64,000 nt of DNA from an uncultured Candidatus Saccharibacteria bacterium (lineage in GTDB: Bacteria > Patescibacteriota > Minisyncoccia > Phycocordibacterales > CAIRYW01), in assembly GCA_964577785.1 (NCBI GenBank), contig CAZOAK010000001.1, positions 22,398-86,397 on the forward strand, given 5' to 3'. Below, one piece after another: positions 9,586 through 18,859 of this stretch (position 1 is its first letter; every line of letters starts with the position of its first letter). The notes beneath the pieces are model-generated. The model made no database searches. It had not been told where the DNA came from and saw nothing but the letters and a program-made list of their open reading frames with translations. The position numbers were made by a program, and so were the translations under genes.

Positions 9586-10773
9586 TTAGTTTGATGCTAC
9601 TTCACCAAGCGATTCTTCGAAAAGATTCGCTTCCCAATTTCTTCGTTTGATGAGACCGCTGACATTCTTATGACTGCCGGCGTTCACATATAAGCGAATT
9701 AGCTTGGGTGCACATTCAAGATTACCGCTGTTTAGGCGATTCTTGTAACATGCAAGCTTTTCAAGGTTACCTCCGCCAGTATTGTGACAGAAGGAAAGTA
9801 GAGCGAAACGCTGTTGAAGCGTCAGATCAACTTTCACCATATCCCGAACCATCGCATCGTAGGTAGGGATTGTTACTTCTTCCATCCATCGGTCTGCTTC
9901 ATCCTTGGTCATAGACTTCGGGAATTCCGCATCCTTTTTCAAGAATCCATAACGCTTTGCATCGGCGATTTCGCCGGGTGTTGTTCCGTATCCAACTTCG
10001 AGTACATCTGACCGAAGTTTGTCCTTGTGGACTGTGGATTCTTTGACATCACCATTATGCAGAGGTGAATTCTCAAAGGATTTGAGTTGGTCGATCCACT
10101 CGCGCGGATAACCACAAATCTCATCGTGAATTTTGATCACTTTCTCGAACTCTCGGGCGTTTTGGTAAATGCCCATGAAGAATTCTGTCACCTTCGTGAC
10201 AACCGTGATCGGCTTGGCAACAGGCAGGTTTACTGGTGTTGCTTTTGGTAATTCAAGCGTTTTCTCCTCAGTGGTTGTGACACCGCTTTTGGGGTTGTGC
10301 TTGAGTGAATACACATATCCTCCAATGCTAAACATCGAAAGAATAATGCACATTACCAATCTGCCGGTCATGACTCGATCAGTGATTTTTCCCAACTTGT
10401 TGAGGATTCTGTCCACACACAAGTCGTGAAATATCATAATGATAAAAGTCGCGACAATAACCATTTGATAATCCATCCTTTTTTCCGACTGCATCAGATT
10501 TGTATCCAATGCGAAGCCAATCAATGCGGCCAAAATGGCCTGCATCAAATAGCTATACATCACACCCCCGTAGCAACGGGCCACAAACACCACTAAGGTG
10601 TAGAGGATTGTAGCTGTGAGTGCGACGCTTGGTTTGAGCAGTGGGGTGAATGTCATTCCAGCGAATTGCTGGAGGATGACACCGATGCCGATTGAGAACA
10701 GAATCGTGCTCAGAATGAGCAGAGATTTGATCTGACGGTTCTTAACATTATCGATTTTTTTAACGTTTTTCAT
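9586..10773 (-). CDS. Polytopic-membrane domain fused to a GH24 (phage-type) lysozyme
   Basis: N-terminal 190 aa with about 5-6 TM helices. The C-terminus 'EVGYGTTPGE...LTLQQRFALLSFCHNTGGGNL...LIKRRNWEANLF' is GH24 lysozyme-like. The start is taken at MKNVKKID (10773). Confidence 0.7.
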   Translation of the reverse strand: MKNVKKIDNVKNRQIKSLLILSTILFSIGIGVILQQFAGMTFTPLLKPSVALTATILYTLVVFVARCYGGVMYSYLMQAILAALIGFALDTNLMQSEKRMDYQMVIVATFIIMIFHDLCVDRILNKLGKITDRVMTGRLVMCIILSMFSIGGYVYSLKHNPKSGVTTTEEKTLELPKATPVNLPVAKPITVVTKVTEFFMGIYQNAREFEKVIKIHDEICGYPREWIDQLKSFENSPLHNGDVKESTVHKDKLRSDVLEVGYGTTPGEIADAKRYGFLKKDAEFPKSMTKDEADRWMEEVTIPTYDAMVRDMVKVDLTLQQRFALLSFCHNTGGGNLEKLACYKNRLNSGNLECAPKLIRLYVNAGSHKNVSGLIKRRNWEANLFEESLGEVASN

Positions 10774-11001
10774 GACGTGTAACCTTTCTTGCTTTTTTGT
10801 TTTTCGATGAACATACCTTCTACTACATAGCAGAGGCATTCTGGCAATTGTATCATAGATTTGACATAATGTCAAACATGAGGGTAAGCTCGAAAGCTGG
10901 TTAGTTAATCAAAAAATCAAAACTATTCATAAATCTTAAATCCTAAATCTTACATCAGTTCAGCTATCCAGAACCCTAAAATAATGTTAAAGTAACGACT
11001 T

Positions 11002-12465
11002 ATGGCAAAAGCTGACAGTGTTATATCGTTTGAAAAGGCCTCGTTTGAATACGGGGTCAATAAGCCAATTCTCGACTCTGTGGATTTCACTATTCGTCGT
11101 GGGACCAAAATCACCATCATGGGTCAAAACGGTGCTGGTAAAAGCACTATTTTTCAAATAATTACAAAAGGAGTGCGTCTTGATTCAGGTAAGGTCAATA
11201 TTTCAAATCACATGACAATTGCTTTATCAAAACAAGTGATTGCTCGAGAAGATTTGGATTTAACTGTTCGAGCTTTTTTTGAAAAATGTTTTGCACAAAA
11301 AGTGTATGATATTGATCCGCGAATAGATGAAGTGTTAGAGGTTGTAAATTTAAAGGGTCATGAAAAGCTTCATGACAGAATTATTAGATCTTTTTCTGGT
11401 GGTCAACAAGCGAGATTACTTCTAGCATCGGCTCTTATTCAGAATCCTGATCTTTTGCTTCTTGATGAGCCAACAAATAATTTGGATAAAGCAGGTATTA
11501 AGCATCTAACAGATTTTCTAGTTAATTACAGAAAAACTGTTGTTGTTATTTCTCACGATGCGGAATTTTTGAATGCGTTTACTGACGGGGTTTTGTATTT
11601 AGATATTAACACTCGGAAGGTTGAGCAATATTCTGGTAACTATTTTGATGTGGTCAAAGAAATAAGTGCAAGAATAGAAAAGGAGAATAGAAAAAATGCC
11701 CAGCTCGCAAAAGAAATTCAAGACAATAAGGATAAAGCCAATTTCTTTGCTCAGAAAGGAGGACAAATGAGACTTGTAGCTAAAAGGATGCGTGACAAAG
11801 CAGAAGAATTAGAGGAAGAAAAGGTGGATGTGCGAAGAGAGGATAAAAGTATTAGACCATTTATAATTCCAGCCGAAAATGATCTATCCGGAGATATCAT
11901 AAGTATCACAGGATTTGGAATTATAGGAAAAAATCATAAACCAGTACAGAAAAAAGCAAATATAACATTACGGAAGGGTCAACATTTACTTTTAAAAGGT
12001 CCTAATGGAATTGGTAAAAGCACCCTGCTTGAATCTATCGCACAAGGTAAGGCAATGGGAGCAAAAATAAAGGATGGAACCAGAATTGGATATTACAGAC
12101 AGGATTTTTCTACTCTTGATTTTAATGCTAGCGTTTATGATTGTTTGATGTCTGCAATGGATAAAAAGGATGAACAAATAATGCGTGGGACAGCTGCAGG
12201 GTTTCTTATTACAGGAGAAATAATTAAAACAAAAGTGGGTGATCTATCAGAAGGGCAGAAGGGGTTAGTGGCATTTGCACGGCTTGTTCTAGAAAGACCA
12301 GGATTACTAATTCTCGATGAGCCAACTAACCACATAAACTTCCGACATCTTCCGGTTATTGCTGAGGCATTAAGTAAATTCCAAGGTGCCATGATTATGG
12401 TATCTCACGTACCGGAATTCGTGGCTCAAATAAAGATTGATGAGATTTTGGATTTGGAGAAATAA
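11002..12465 (+). CDS. ABC-F family ATPase (Uup/EttA-like; two ABC cassettes, no TMD)
   Basis: Two Walker A motifs ('GQNGAGKST', 'GPNGIGKST'), two 'LSGGQ' signatures, and an inter-domain linker. Confidence 0.85.
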   Translation: MAKADSVISFEKASFEYGVNKPILDSVDFTIRRGTKITIMGQNGAGKSTIFQIITKGVRLDSGKVNISNHMTIALSKQVIAREDLDLTVRAFFEKCFAQKVYDIDPRIDEVLEVVNLKGHEKLHDRIIRSFSGGQQARLLLASALIQNPDLLLLDEPTNNLDKAGIKHLTDFLVNYRKTVVVISHDAEFLNAFTDGVLYLDINTRKVEQYSGNYFDVVKEISARIEKENRKNAQLAKEIQDNKDKANFFAQKGGQMRLVAKRMRDKAEELEEEKVDVRREDKSIRPFIIPAENDLSGDIISITGFGIIGKNHKPVQKKANITLRKGQHLLLKGPNGIGKSTLLESIAQGKAMGAKIKDGTRIGYYRQDFSTLDFNASVYDCLMSAMDKKDEQIMRGTAAGFLITGEIIKTKVGDLSEGQKGLVAFARLVLERPGLLILDEPTNHINFRHLPVIAEALSKFQGAMIMVSHVPEFVAQIKIDEILDLEK

Positions 12466-12504
12466 AGAGTTTGTCATTTTTATAATGAAATATATAATTA
12501 AAGT

Positions 12505-13518
12505 ATGAATGGGTTATTAGATAGTAAGCTATTGGATCAAACTCCCGAGGAGAAAATTTTTCACGAAATTGAAAAAACTTTGGAAGTTATAACTGAATCA
12601 AAGACTGCATCACCTGCAATAAAACTTGCACTATATAATTTTTTTAAACAGAATCCGGATTACAAGACTGAGGATTTGGATAGAGAGATTGCCAAACTGG
12701 ATGAATTGGCAATGAAGGAGGAATCGTATAAAAACAACAATAAGGTTCCAACTGTTGGGACAGAACTTGAGTTTCCAATTGAGTGGATTACAAAAAATGA
12801 ATCTGATACTCTGACAATCTTGGGAGTTAAAAATGAACCAGAGCCACAGTATGACCATCTTCATGAAGTCAATCAACATTTTTCATACAGCTCAGAGACT
12901 CAGGCAAGAGTTATTGAAGAACTAAAAAAAGCTAGAATTATTAGAGTAAGTGATGACCAGAGTTTATCTCTTCATGTTAATTTTGGTGTTCCTAAAAATT
13001 TAATCAGTCGTGAGGATTTCCAGGATGTAACTAACCTTGCTGATTTTTTTGTTAATGTATCAACAATTACATATGCTTCTGTGCAACGAATAGATACTCG
13101 CAAATCTGCCAATACATTTATTGCACATGCAACTGATGTAGAGAAAAACGAAAAAACAGGTAATCTTAGATTTGAAATTAAAACATTAGGATTTGAAAAT
13201 CTTGTTGCTTATAGAGCTGTAGAAGAATTACAAATGATTTGTGCAGCATACTTCGCATCTATAAAGAAAAAGTATGATTCAGGTCAGTGTGATGGCGAAG
13301 ATAATAAATTGCAAACCATTTGGGATGAGTTTGTGGATGAATTTATCCAATTAATTGATAAATATCACCCTAGAGGGGATTCACCGATTGGTATATATTC
13401 AAATTATGGGCAGTGCGTTTTATTACTGAAAGAACACCCTGAAATAAATGAGGAGGCCAGACTTATTTTCAGTAAATACGCGAGGGAGGTCAAAAGTCTA
13501 CTCTTTGGAGATAAATAA
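12505..13518 (+). CDS. Hypothetical protein (337 aa)
   Basis: Long ORF with no recognisable motif. Confidence 0.5.
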   Translation: MNGLLDSKLLDQTPEEKIFHEIEKTLEVITESKTASPAIKLALYNFFKQNPDYKTEDLDREIAKLDELAMKEESYKNNNKVPTVGTELEFPIEWITKNESDTLTILGVKNEPEPQYDHLHEVNQHFSYSSETQARVIEELKKARIIRVSDDQSLSLHVNFGVPKNLISREDFQDVTNLADFFVNVSTITYASVQRIDTRKSANTFIAHATDVEKNEKTGNLRFEIKTLGFENLVAYRAVEELQMICAAYFASIKKKYDSGQCDGEDNKLQTIWDEFVDEFIQLIDKYHPRGDSPIGIYSNYGQCVLLLKEHPEINEEARLIFSKYAREVKSLLFGDK

Positions 13519-13569
13519 AAATACCCTCAAGCCGAAGCTTTTGGGTATAGAAAATTGAGATCCTGAAAT

Positions 13570-13968
13570 CTAGAAGATGCGGATTTGGCTCAGTCCAGTT
13601 TTTTCCACCTTTTTTCGTGCGAGTATTTCAAGAGTTCTCCGGGTAACCTTTGCTTTAGGTGCAAGAGTGTTTGTGACAATCTTCACGGACAAATCAAAGC
13701 TTTGGTGGGCAATAATGAATGTCACTGCCTGATCGTCTAGATCCAATGTAATCTGAGGTGACTTATAGATGAATCGCCCAATACGGATTACTTTGCTTTT
13801 CGATTCATCCAACTCCAACCTTGCGGTCTTCTTGTCATTGGTCGGGAGACTGCATTGAACGATTTCATCATTGCTGTCTAGAACCGTAATGCAGATCACC
13901 TGGAACCTGCTCAGCACTTTGGGGTCCTTTTTAGCTTTCTTCCTTTTCCAATTTTTCCTTTTAGCCAT
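13570..13968 (-). CDS. Small basic hypothetical protein, divergent from lexA (possible SOS-regulated gene)
   Basis: The start is taken at MAKRKNWKRKKAKK. The MFLRIEYL N-extension in the ORF track is an artefact of an 18-bp inverted repeat. Confidence 0.4.
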   Translation of the reverse strand: MAKRKNWKRKKAKKDPKVLSRFQVICITVLDSNDEIVQCSLPTNDKKTARLELDESKSKVIRIGRFIYKSPQITLDLDDQAVTFIIAHQSFDLSVKIVTNTLAPKAKVTRRTLEILARKKVEKTGLSQIRIF

Positions 13969-14002
13969 AATTTTCTGGGTTGTTGGTTTGATAGGGAATG
14001 AG

Positions 14003-14057
14003 GGTAAATATTCTATCCTTAAAAACACATTATAAATGTTCTTAAGGATAGAATATT
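14003..14057. repeat. Perfect 17-18-bp inverted repeat (aaatattctatccttaa N21 ttaaggatagaatattt) in the divergent lexA intergenic region
   Basis: Seen directly in the sequence. It is why both flanking ORF predictions start with the same peptide. Confidence 0.8.
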
Positions 14058-14159
14058 TAAGGAATCGAATTCGTCACAAACTACTGCAGAAAGTCTCTTT
14101 AAAGGTACATGTTCAGACGAACTATACATTAGTGTTTTGTATTAATCAAACAAAATCTC

Positions 14160-14188
14160 TTGCATATCGAACAATCGTTCGATATAAT
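14160..14188 (+). promoter_or_regulatory. lexA promoter TTGCAT-N17-TATAAT with a Cheo-type SOS box (CGAACAATCGTTCG, 14168-14181) in the spacer
   Basis: Perfect CGAAC-N4-GTTCG palindrome between consensus-like -35 and -10 hexamers. The ATG at 14195 lies about 7 nt after the -10, so the mRNA may be leaderless. Confidence 0.55.
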
Positions 14189-14194
14189 TGGAGT

Positions 14195-14809
14195 ATGAAA
14201 AAGAAAGGGAAACCATTCACATTCTATATATCTGCAATTGAAGCCTTTTATACCAAGCATCGAAGGATGCCTTCTTATGAAGAATCTGCCAAAATATTTG
14301 GATTTAAATCTAAAGATTCGGCATTTAGAATTATTAAGCAAATGATTCTAAAAGGAAATTTAGATAAAGATAAGAATGGTAAACTCATACCAATAAAATC
14401 TAAAGTATTTAAAACAAAACCTCAGAGTATTAATGAAGGATTGGCACTCCTTGGTCTTGTGGAGGCAGGATTTCCAACGCCAGCGGAAGAAAACAATCTA
14501 GATAGAATTACACTCGATGAGTGGCTTATAGATGACAGAGATTCATCATTTATGCTCAAAGTTAAGGGTGAATCTATGCAGGACGCTGGTATACATGCCG
14601 GTGATTTCGTTATCGTAGAAAGAACTAATGTTCCAAAGGTTGGTGCAATAATTATCGCAGAAGTTGACCACGAGTGGACCATTAAATATTTACGCAAAGA
14701 TTCTAAAGGATATTATCTAGAACCAGCTAATCCAAATTTTAAAATAATTCGTCCAAAAGAAGATTTGAAAATAAGTGCCATAGTTAAGGCTGTTATCAGG
14801 AAGTATTAA
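14195..14809 (+). CDS. lexA: LexA repressor (N-terminal wHTH plus S24 peptidase)
   Basis: N-terminus 'ISAIEAFYTKHRRMPSYEESAKIFGFKSKDSAFRIIKQMILKG'. C-terminus 'LKVKGESMQDAGIHAGDFVIV...IIIAEVDHEWTIKYL' includes the Ser-Lys dyad region. Confidence 0.85.
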   Translation: MKKKGKPFTFYISAIEAFYTKHRRMPSYEESAKIFGFKSKDSAFRIIKQMILKGNLDKDKNGKLIPIKSKVFKTKPQSINEGLALLGLVEAGFPTPAEENNLDRITLDEWLIDDRDSSFMLKVKGESMQDAGIHAGDFVIVERTNVPKVGAIIIAEVDHEWTIKYLRKDSKGYYLEPANPNFKIIRPKEDLKISAIVKAVIRKY

Positions 14810-14815
14810 TCCGTC

Positions 14816-14997
14816 CCGTTCGAAATCCTTCAGTTGAACAGAGTTACATATTCAAATTAAGCAAAAGCATGATAATCAGTTTAGATTTAAATATACTACG
14901 GAAGCGCTTAACTTTATTGCAAAACAAGCTAGAGATTAACGATTTATTAATTATTAAATAATATTGGGACGGCGGTAAGCGCTTCCTATTTCGAACG
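14816..14997. repeat. Nested inverted repeats: outer cccgttcgaaat/atttcgaacggg and inner ggaagcgctta/taagcgcttcc. They bracket the 180-nt region upstream of the Y-family polymerase
   Basis: Seen directly in the sequence. Confidence 0.6.
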
Positions 14998-14999
14998 GG

Positions 15000-16253
15000 A
15001 TGAGGAATTACATTATTCACATTGATGGTGATGCATACTTTGCATCATGTGAAGTAGCTAGACGGCCTGATCTTTTTGGTCAGCCTGTTGTTGTAGGTGA
15101 AGAAAAAGGTATTGCATGTGCTATGACCTACGAGGCCAAGGCGCTTGGTGTTTATCGTGGAATGCCGGTGTTTAAGATACGACAAGAATTTCCACAAGTG
15201 ACCGTAATATCATCGCATTTTGAACTCTATCATGAGTATAATAATAAATTGGTAGAGATTCTCAAACAATATTTACCAAAGGTAGAAAGATATAGTGTGG
15301 ATGAATGTTTCGCCGTAACTCCTAAAATGGATGAAGAAAATATTCAACCATTTGTAGAAATGCTAAAAAATAAAGTTCAAACTTCGCTTGGGATTACTTT
15401 TTCTTTTGGAGTTGCTACTACCAAAACTTTGGCTAAAATCGCCTCAAAAAAGGACAAACCAGATGGGCTAGTGGTACTCTTACATCCTAATTTCATAGAA
15501 AAAACTCTCACAGAGACTCCTGTGGCTTCGATTTGGGGTGTTGGTAGACAAACTAGTGCTAAACTAATTGGAATAAATATTCTGACTGCTAAACAATTTA
15601 TTGATGTACCTAAGGACCAAATCCTTTCTTTATTTTCTGAACCGGTATTTAATACTCACGAGGAATTACTTGGAAATAAAATATTTGATGTTAGTGATAC
15701 ATATGAACCGCAGAAAAGTGTCCAAGCCACTAGATCAATGGATAAATCAACCTCATCCGAAAATGTTCTTTGGAGTGAATTATCTAGGAATGTTGAAATG
15801 GCTTGTGAGGATATTAGAAGGATGAATCTTTTGGCCGGCTCTGTAGGATTCTTTTATAAAAAAGCTGTGACAAAGTATCGAGTGTCTCATGCTTTTAAAT
15901 TATCTTTACATTCTGATGATCCGACAATGATCTTAAAAGAAATAAAAATCTTTCTGTCCAAGGTCTATGAAAAAAATGAGCGCTACAAGGGGACTGGTGT
16001 CAGTCTTTATGATTTAAGGTCCAAAGACATGGTCACAAATGACCTTTTTGGCGAAAGTAGGTGTATGGATATATCCTCTAATTTGCGATTAAAGGCCGTC
16101 GATGGATTAAACCGAAAATTTGGAAAATGGACAATTATGCATGCGTCGAGTTTGAACTCTGTTTTGAGAAGAAATAAAGAAGGGGAAGAAAGAAATAAAA
16201 AAGATAATTTTATTTATGGTTTGCCATTACCGTATATGGGTGAAGTTAACTAG
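15000..16253 (+). CDS. dinB: Y-family DNA polymerase (DinB/Pol IV-like)
   Basis: 'IIHIDGDAYFASCE', 'SVDECF', 'GVATTKTLAKIASKKDKPDG' and the 'IWGVGRQT' HhH region. Confidence 0.85.
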   Translation: MRNYIIHIDGDAYFASCEVARRPDLFGQPVVVGEEKGIACAMTYEAKALGVYRGMPVFKIRQEFPQVTVISSHFELYHEYNNKLVEILKQYLPKVERYSVDECFAVTPKMDEENIQPFVEMLKNKVQTSLGITFSFGVATTKTLAKIASKKDKPDGLVVLLHPNFIEKTLTETPVASIWGVGRQTSAKLIGINILTAKQFIDVPKDQILSLFSEPVFNTHEELLGNKIFDVSDTYEPQKSVQATRSMDKSTSSENVLWSELSRNVEMACEDIRRMNLLAGSVGFFYKKAVTKYRVSHAFKLSLHSDDPTMILKEIKIFLSKVYEKNERYKGTGVSLYDLRSKDMVTNDLFGESRCMDISSNLRLKAVDGLNRKFGKWTIMHASSLNSVLRRNKEGEERNKKDNFIYGLPLPYMGEVN

Positions 16254-16510
16254 CCAAAATTTTAAAATTTGTAAGGGGAAGTGCTTCCTTAAAGTCCCTA
16301 TAGTATTATTACCGAAAAGATATATTGTGCGACATGCATACAATCGGAAGGACCTGTATTCCCGACCGCTAAACATCATTAAAATTTTGGACTTGGTTAG
16401 AACTATATAATTATTTATATAAAGATTTAAGTATTCAATTATTTAAGAATAAGAAATAAAAAACTGTCCGCACTTTTTACAAAGCGGGACAGGTACGAAT
16501 TCCGGGATGA

Positions 16511-16885
16511 TCAGATGACTGTGATGGCTACACCGCTCAATGGATTTGGTGAGCCAAATCCCCTGTTGCTAGGTATGAGCGAATCAGCAATGGGTTGTTC
16601 GGATTGGGCACACACCTCATGGGAGAAAAAAGGTGTCTTTTCAACCCAGAAATTCGGATGCACTGATGATGGTTCGAATGGGATTTGTTGCCTGTAGTGT
16701 GTCTGACAGTCAGCACCTTTAAGGCAGGTGCCGTCATGCGAGTCGATTGGGCCACCGCAATGGGGGCATTCTTCATTCTTTGGATCAGGGAGTGAACAGC
16801 ACATGGTATTACTTTTTCTTTGGCTTGTTGTTGGTTGCGTTGTTTTTGGAGTCAATCCTACCCTTCTCATTCCACTGGAATTCAA
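16511..16885 (-). CDS. Cys-rich hypothetical protein in a locally GC-rich segment
   Basis: ORF with 'CPHCGGPIDSHDGTCLKGADC'. A strong terminator (ctgtccgc...gcgggacag plus T6 on the minus strand, 16464-16495) lies just downstream. Confidence 0.35.
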   Translation of the reverse strand: MNSSGMRRVGLTPKTTQPTTSQRKSNTMCCSLPDPKNEECPHCGGPIDSHDGTCLKGADCQTHYRQQIPFEPSSVHPNFWVEKTPFFSHEVCAQSEQPIADSLIPSNRGFGSPNPLSGVAITVI

Positions 16886-16974
16886 AGAGCAGGTTATCCA
16901 GATAATGTTACAACTGGGTTTAGGTTTTGTCTATAGTAGTTATGAACAGCGAGTTTGTCTGGTATAATCTATAA

Positions 16975-18060
16975 ATGCAAGACATATCTAAATGGGAATT
17001 TCATACTGACTCAAAGCAGGCCTGGGACGCTATGCTTCTTGATATTTCTACCGCCAAAGAAAGCATTGATCTAGAGCAATTTATTCTCGGGTATGATGCT
17101 ATTGGAATAAAGTTCCTTGATGCGCTAAAAGCCAAATCTCTGGTCGGAGTAAAGGTTCGAATCTTTTGTGATGAAGTAGGAAGTCTTTCTTTACGTAGAT
17201 CAGGTATTGCTACTTCCCTTTCTGAAGCTGGGATAGAAATAAAGTTTTTTAATTCTGTAATACCTTGGAGTCCAAATAAGGAAAGTTTATGGTTTTTTCG
17301 TGATCACAAAAAACTTTTAATAATTGATAAAAAGATTGGGTTTACTGGAGGTGTCTGTTTAGGTGATGAAATGCGTGATTGGAGAGAAAGCTCTGTTAGA
17401 ATCGAGGGACCTGTGGTTGCTCAGATGACAGAATCTTTTGACGTTATGTGGAATAAGAAGTATCACGAGTTTAAGTTTTATTTTAAGAAAAAAAATAAAA
17501 ATTTAACACAAAACTACAGCTTTAATTATATTACTAATGCTCCCTTGCCTCGAAAAAGATATATGTACAGGGAGCTTATTAGAGCAATTAAAAGTGCCAA
17601 ACATTATATTTATCTTACGACCCCTTATCTACTCCCAGACTCTCGCCTACTTAGAAACATAAAAAGAGCAGCTCGAAGTGGTGTTATGGTACGTATTCTT
17701 GTTCCGATGAATACAAACAGTCGTCTAGTTAATGTTGGATCTGGGACCTTCTTTGACGATATGCTCGAGGCTGGGATTCAAATATTTAGATACAATGGAG
17801 CAATGATTCATTCTAAAACCGGTGTGATAGATGGAGTGTGGTCTACGATTGGGAGTCTTAATCTAGATAACCTGAGTCTCAGATATAATTTTGAGGGTAA
17901 TATTGTGTCGACTGATAAGAGTTTTGCTTTTGAGCTTGAAAGGCAGTTTCTCGATGATTTAAAGATTTCTACTAGATTAACTAAGGAGGAATGGAATAAG
18001 CGGGGCTTGATCAGAAGAATATTTGAGATTCTGATTTGGCCGCTTAGGAAACTGCTTTAA
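16975..18060 (+). CDS. Phospholipase D / cardiolipin-synthase-family protein (two HKD motifs)
   Basis: 'RDHKKLLIIDKKIGFTGGVCLGD' and 'HSKTGVIDGVWSTIGSLNLD'. Confidence 0.8.
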   Translation: MQDISKWEFHTDSKQAWDAMLLDISTAKESIDLEQFILGYDAIGIKFLDALKAKSLVGVKVRIFCDEVGSLSLRRSGIATSLSEAGIEIKFFNSVIPWSPNKESLWFFRDHKKLLIIDKKIGFTGGVCLGDEMRDWRESSVRIEGPVVAQMTESFDVMWNKKYHEFKFYFKKKNKNLTQNYSFNYITNAPLPRKRYMYRELIRAIKSAKHYIYLTTPYLLPDSRLLRNIKRAARSGVMVRILVPMNTNSRLVNVGSGTFFDDMLEAGIQIFRYNGAMIHSKTGVIDGVWSTIGSLNLDNLSLRYNFEGNIVSTDKSFAFELERQFLDDLKISTRLTKEEWNKRGLIRRIFEILIWPLRKLL

Positions 18061-18107
18061 AATACAGGTGGTAAGTTGGTTAGCTAGTTAGGTTGCAAGG
18101 AAAAACA

Positions 18108-18138
18108 AACAGCACCGCGGCTTTGCCGCGGTGCTGTT
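18108..18138. terminator. Palindromic terminator, family A (aacagcaccgcggc-ttt-gccgcggtgctgtt); bidirectional
   Basis: 14-bp GC-rich stem flanked by A-run and T-run. An identical 31-nt copy lies at 21768-21798. Confidence 0.8.
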
Positions 18139-18185
18139 TTTGAGTTTAAAAGCTTCTAAGCTCTAAGCTTATTCCTTTCTAAGCT

Positions 18186-18608
18186 TTATTTAGTATTCAA
18201 CGCAACTTCTGTTGATCTCCAACAAGGGCTAGATGAGTTCCACGGTACTGTACCTTCTCTGTCATAAAGATATTTAGCATAAGCTAAGTTACCTTCTAGA
18301 GTCATGATATCCATACCAAGCTTTTGTGATGTTTTCAGGTGATAGTAGGTGTTAACCTGCATCACTCCTACGTCATCATTGTTCACTTTTCCTCGAAAGA
18401 CAGTTACTCCGTCTTTTTCGAATTGTCGGTTCCTTGATTCGCACCAAGCAACTTTCGCCATTATAGGATCATTCTTGAAATACTCCTTAACCATTTCCTC
18501 GACTGATTTCGGTACTTTAACAACAGGAGTTGATGCTAAAATATTCACACTTGTTGATGCCGTGGCATCGATAGGATTGGTGTTTGGTATCATAAAAGAT
18601 GAAGCCAT
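18186..18608 (-). CDS. Lytic transglycosylase (SLT-domain) protein
   Basis: 'AWCESRNRQF...GVMQVNTYYH...AYAKYLYD' matches the SLT catalytic-Glu and GxMQ motifs. Confidence 0.6.
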   Translation of the reverse strand: MASSFMIPNTNPIDATASTSVNILASTPVVKVPKSVEEMVKEYFKNDPIMAKVAWCESRNRQFEKDGVTVFRGKVNNDDVGVMQVNTYYHLKTSQKLGMDIMTLEGNLAYAKYLYDREGTVPWNSSSPCWRSTEVALNTK

Positions 18609-18859
18609 AAGACCAATACCTGCTAAGAAACTAACGATAAGCTATTTTATTATATTTTAATTCTGGAATGCAGACCTGTTCTGGAGGTGTCGGTATAAAA
18701 ACAAAAAATCAGTGACTACTGATTTATGCTTAATATACTAGCACATCTTGGCCATAAAGTCAACTTAAACCATTGATTTTTGAACCTGTAAAGCTTTAAA
18801 ATATGTTGTAAAATAAGGGCATTTTGGAATCGTACAATTGACAAAATACGAGCTTTATT

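Noticed and set aside
14036-14194. N-terminal 'MFLRIEYL...' extension of the lexA ORF. The same peptide also starts the divergent ORF
   Set aside because: It is an artefact of the 18-bp perfect inverted repeat. The genuine starts are at 14195 and 13968.
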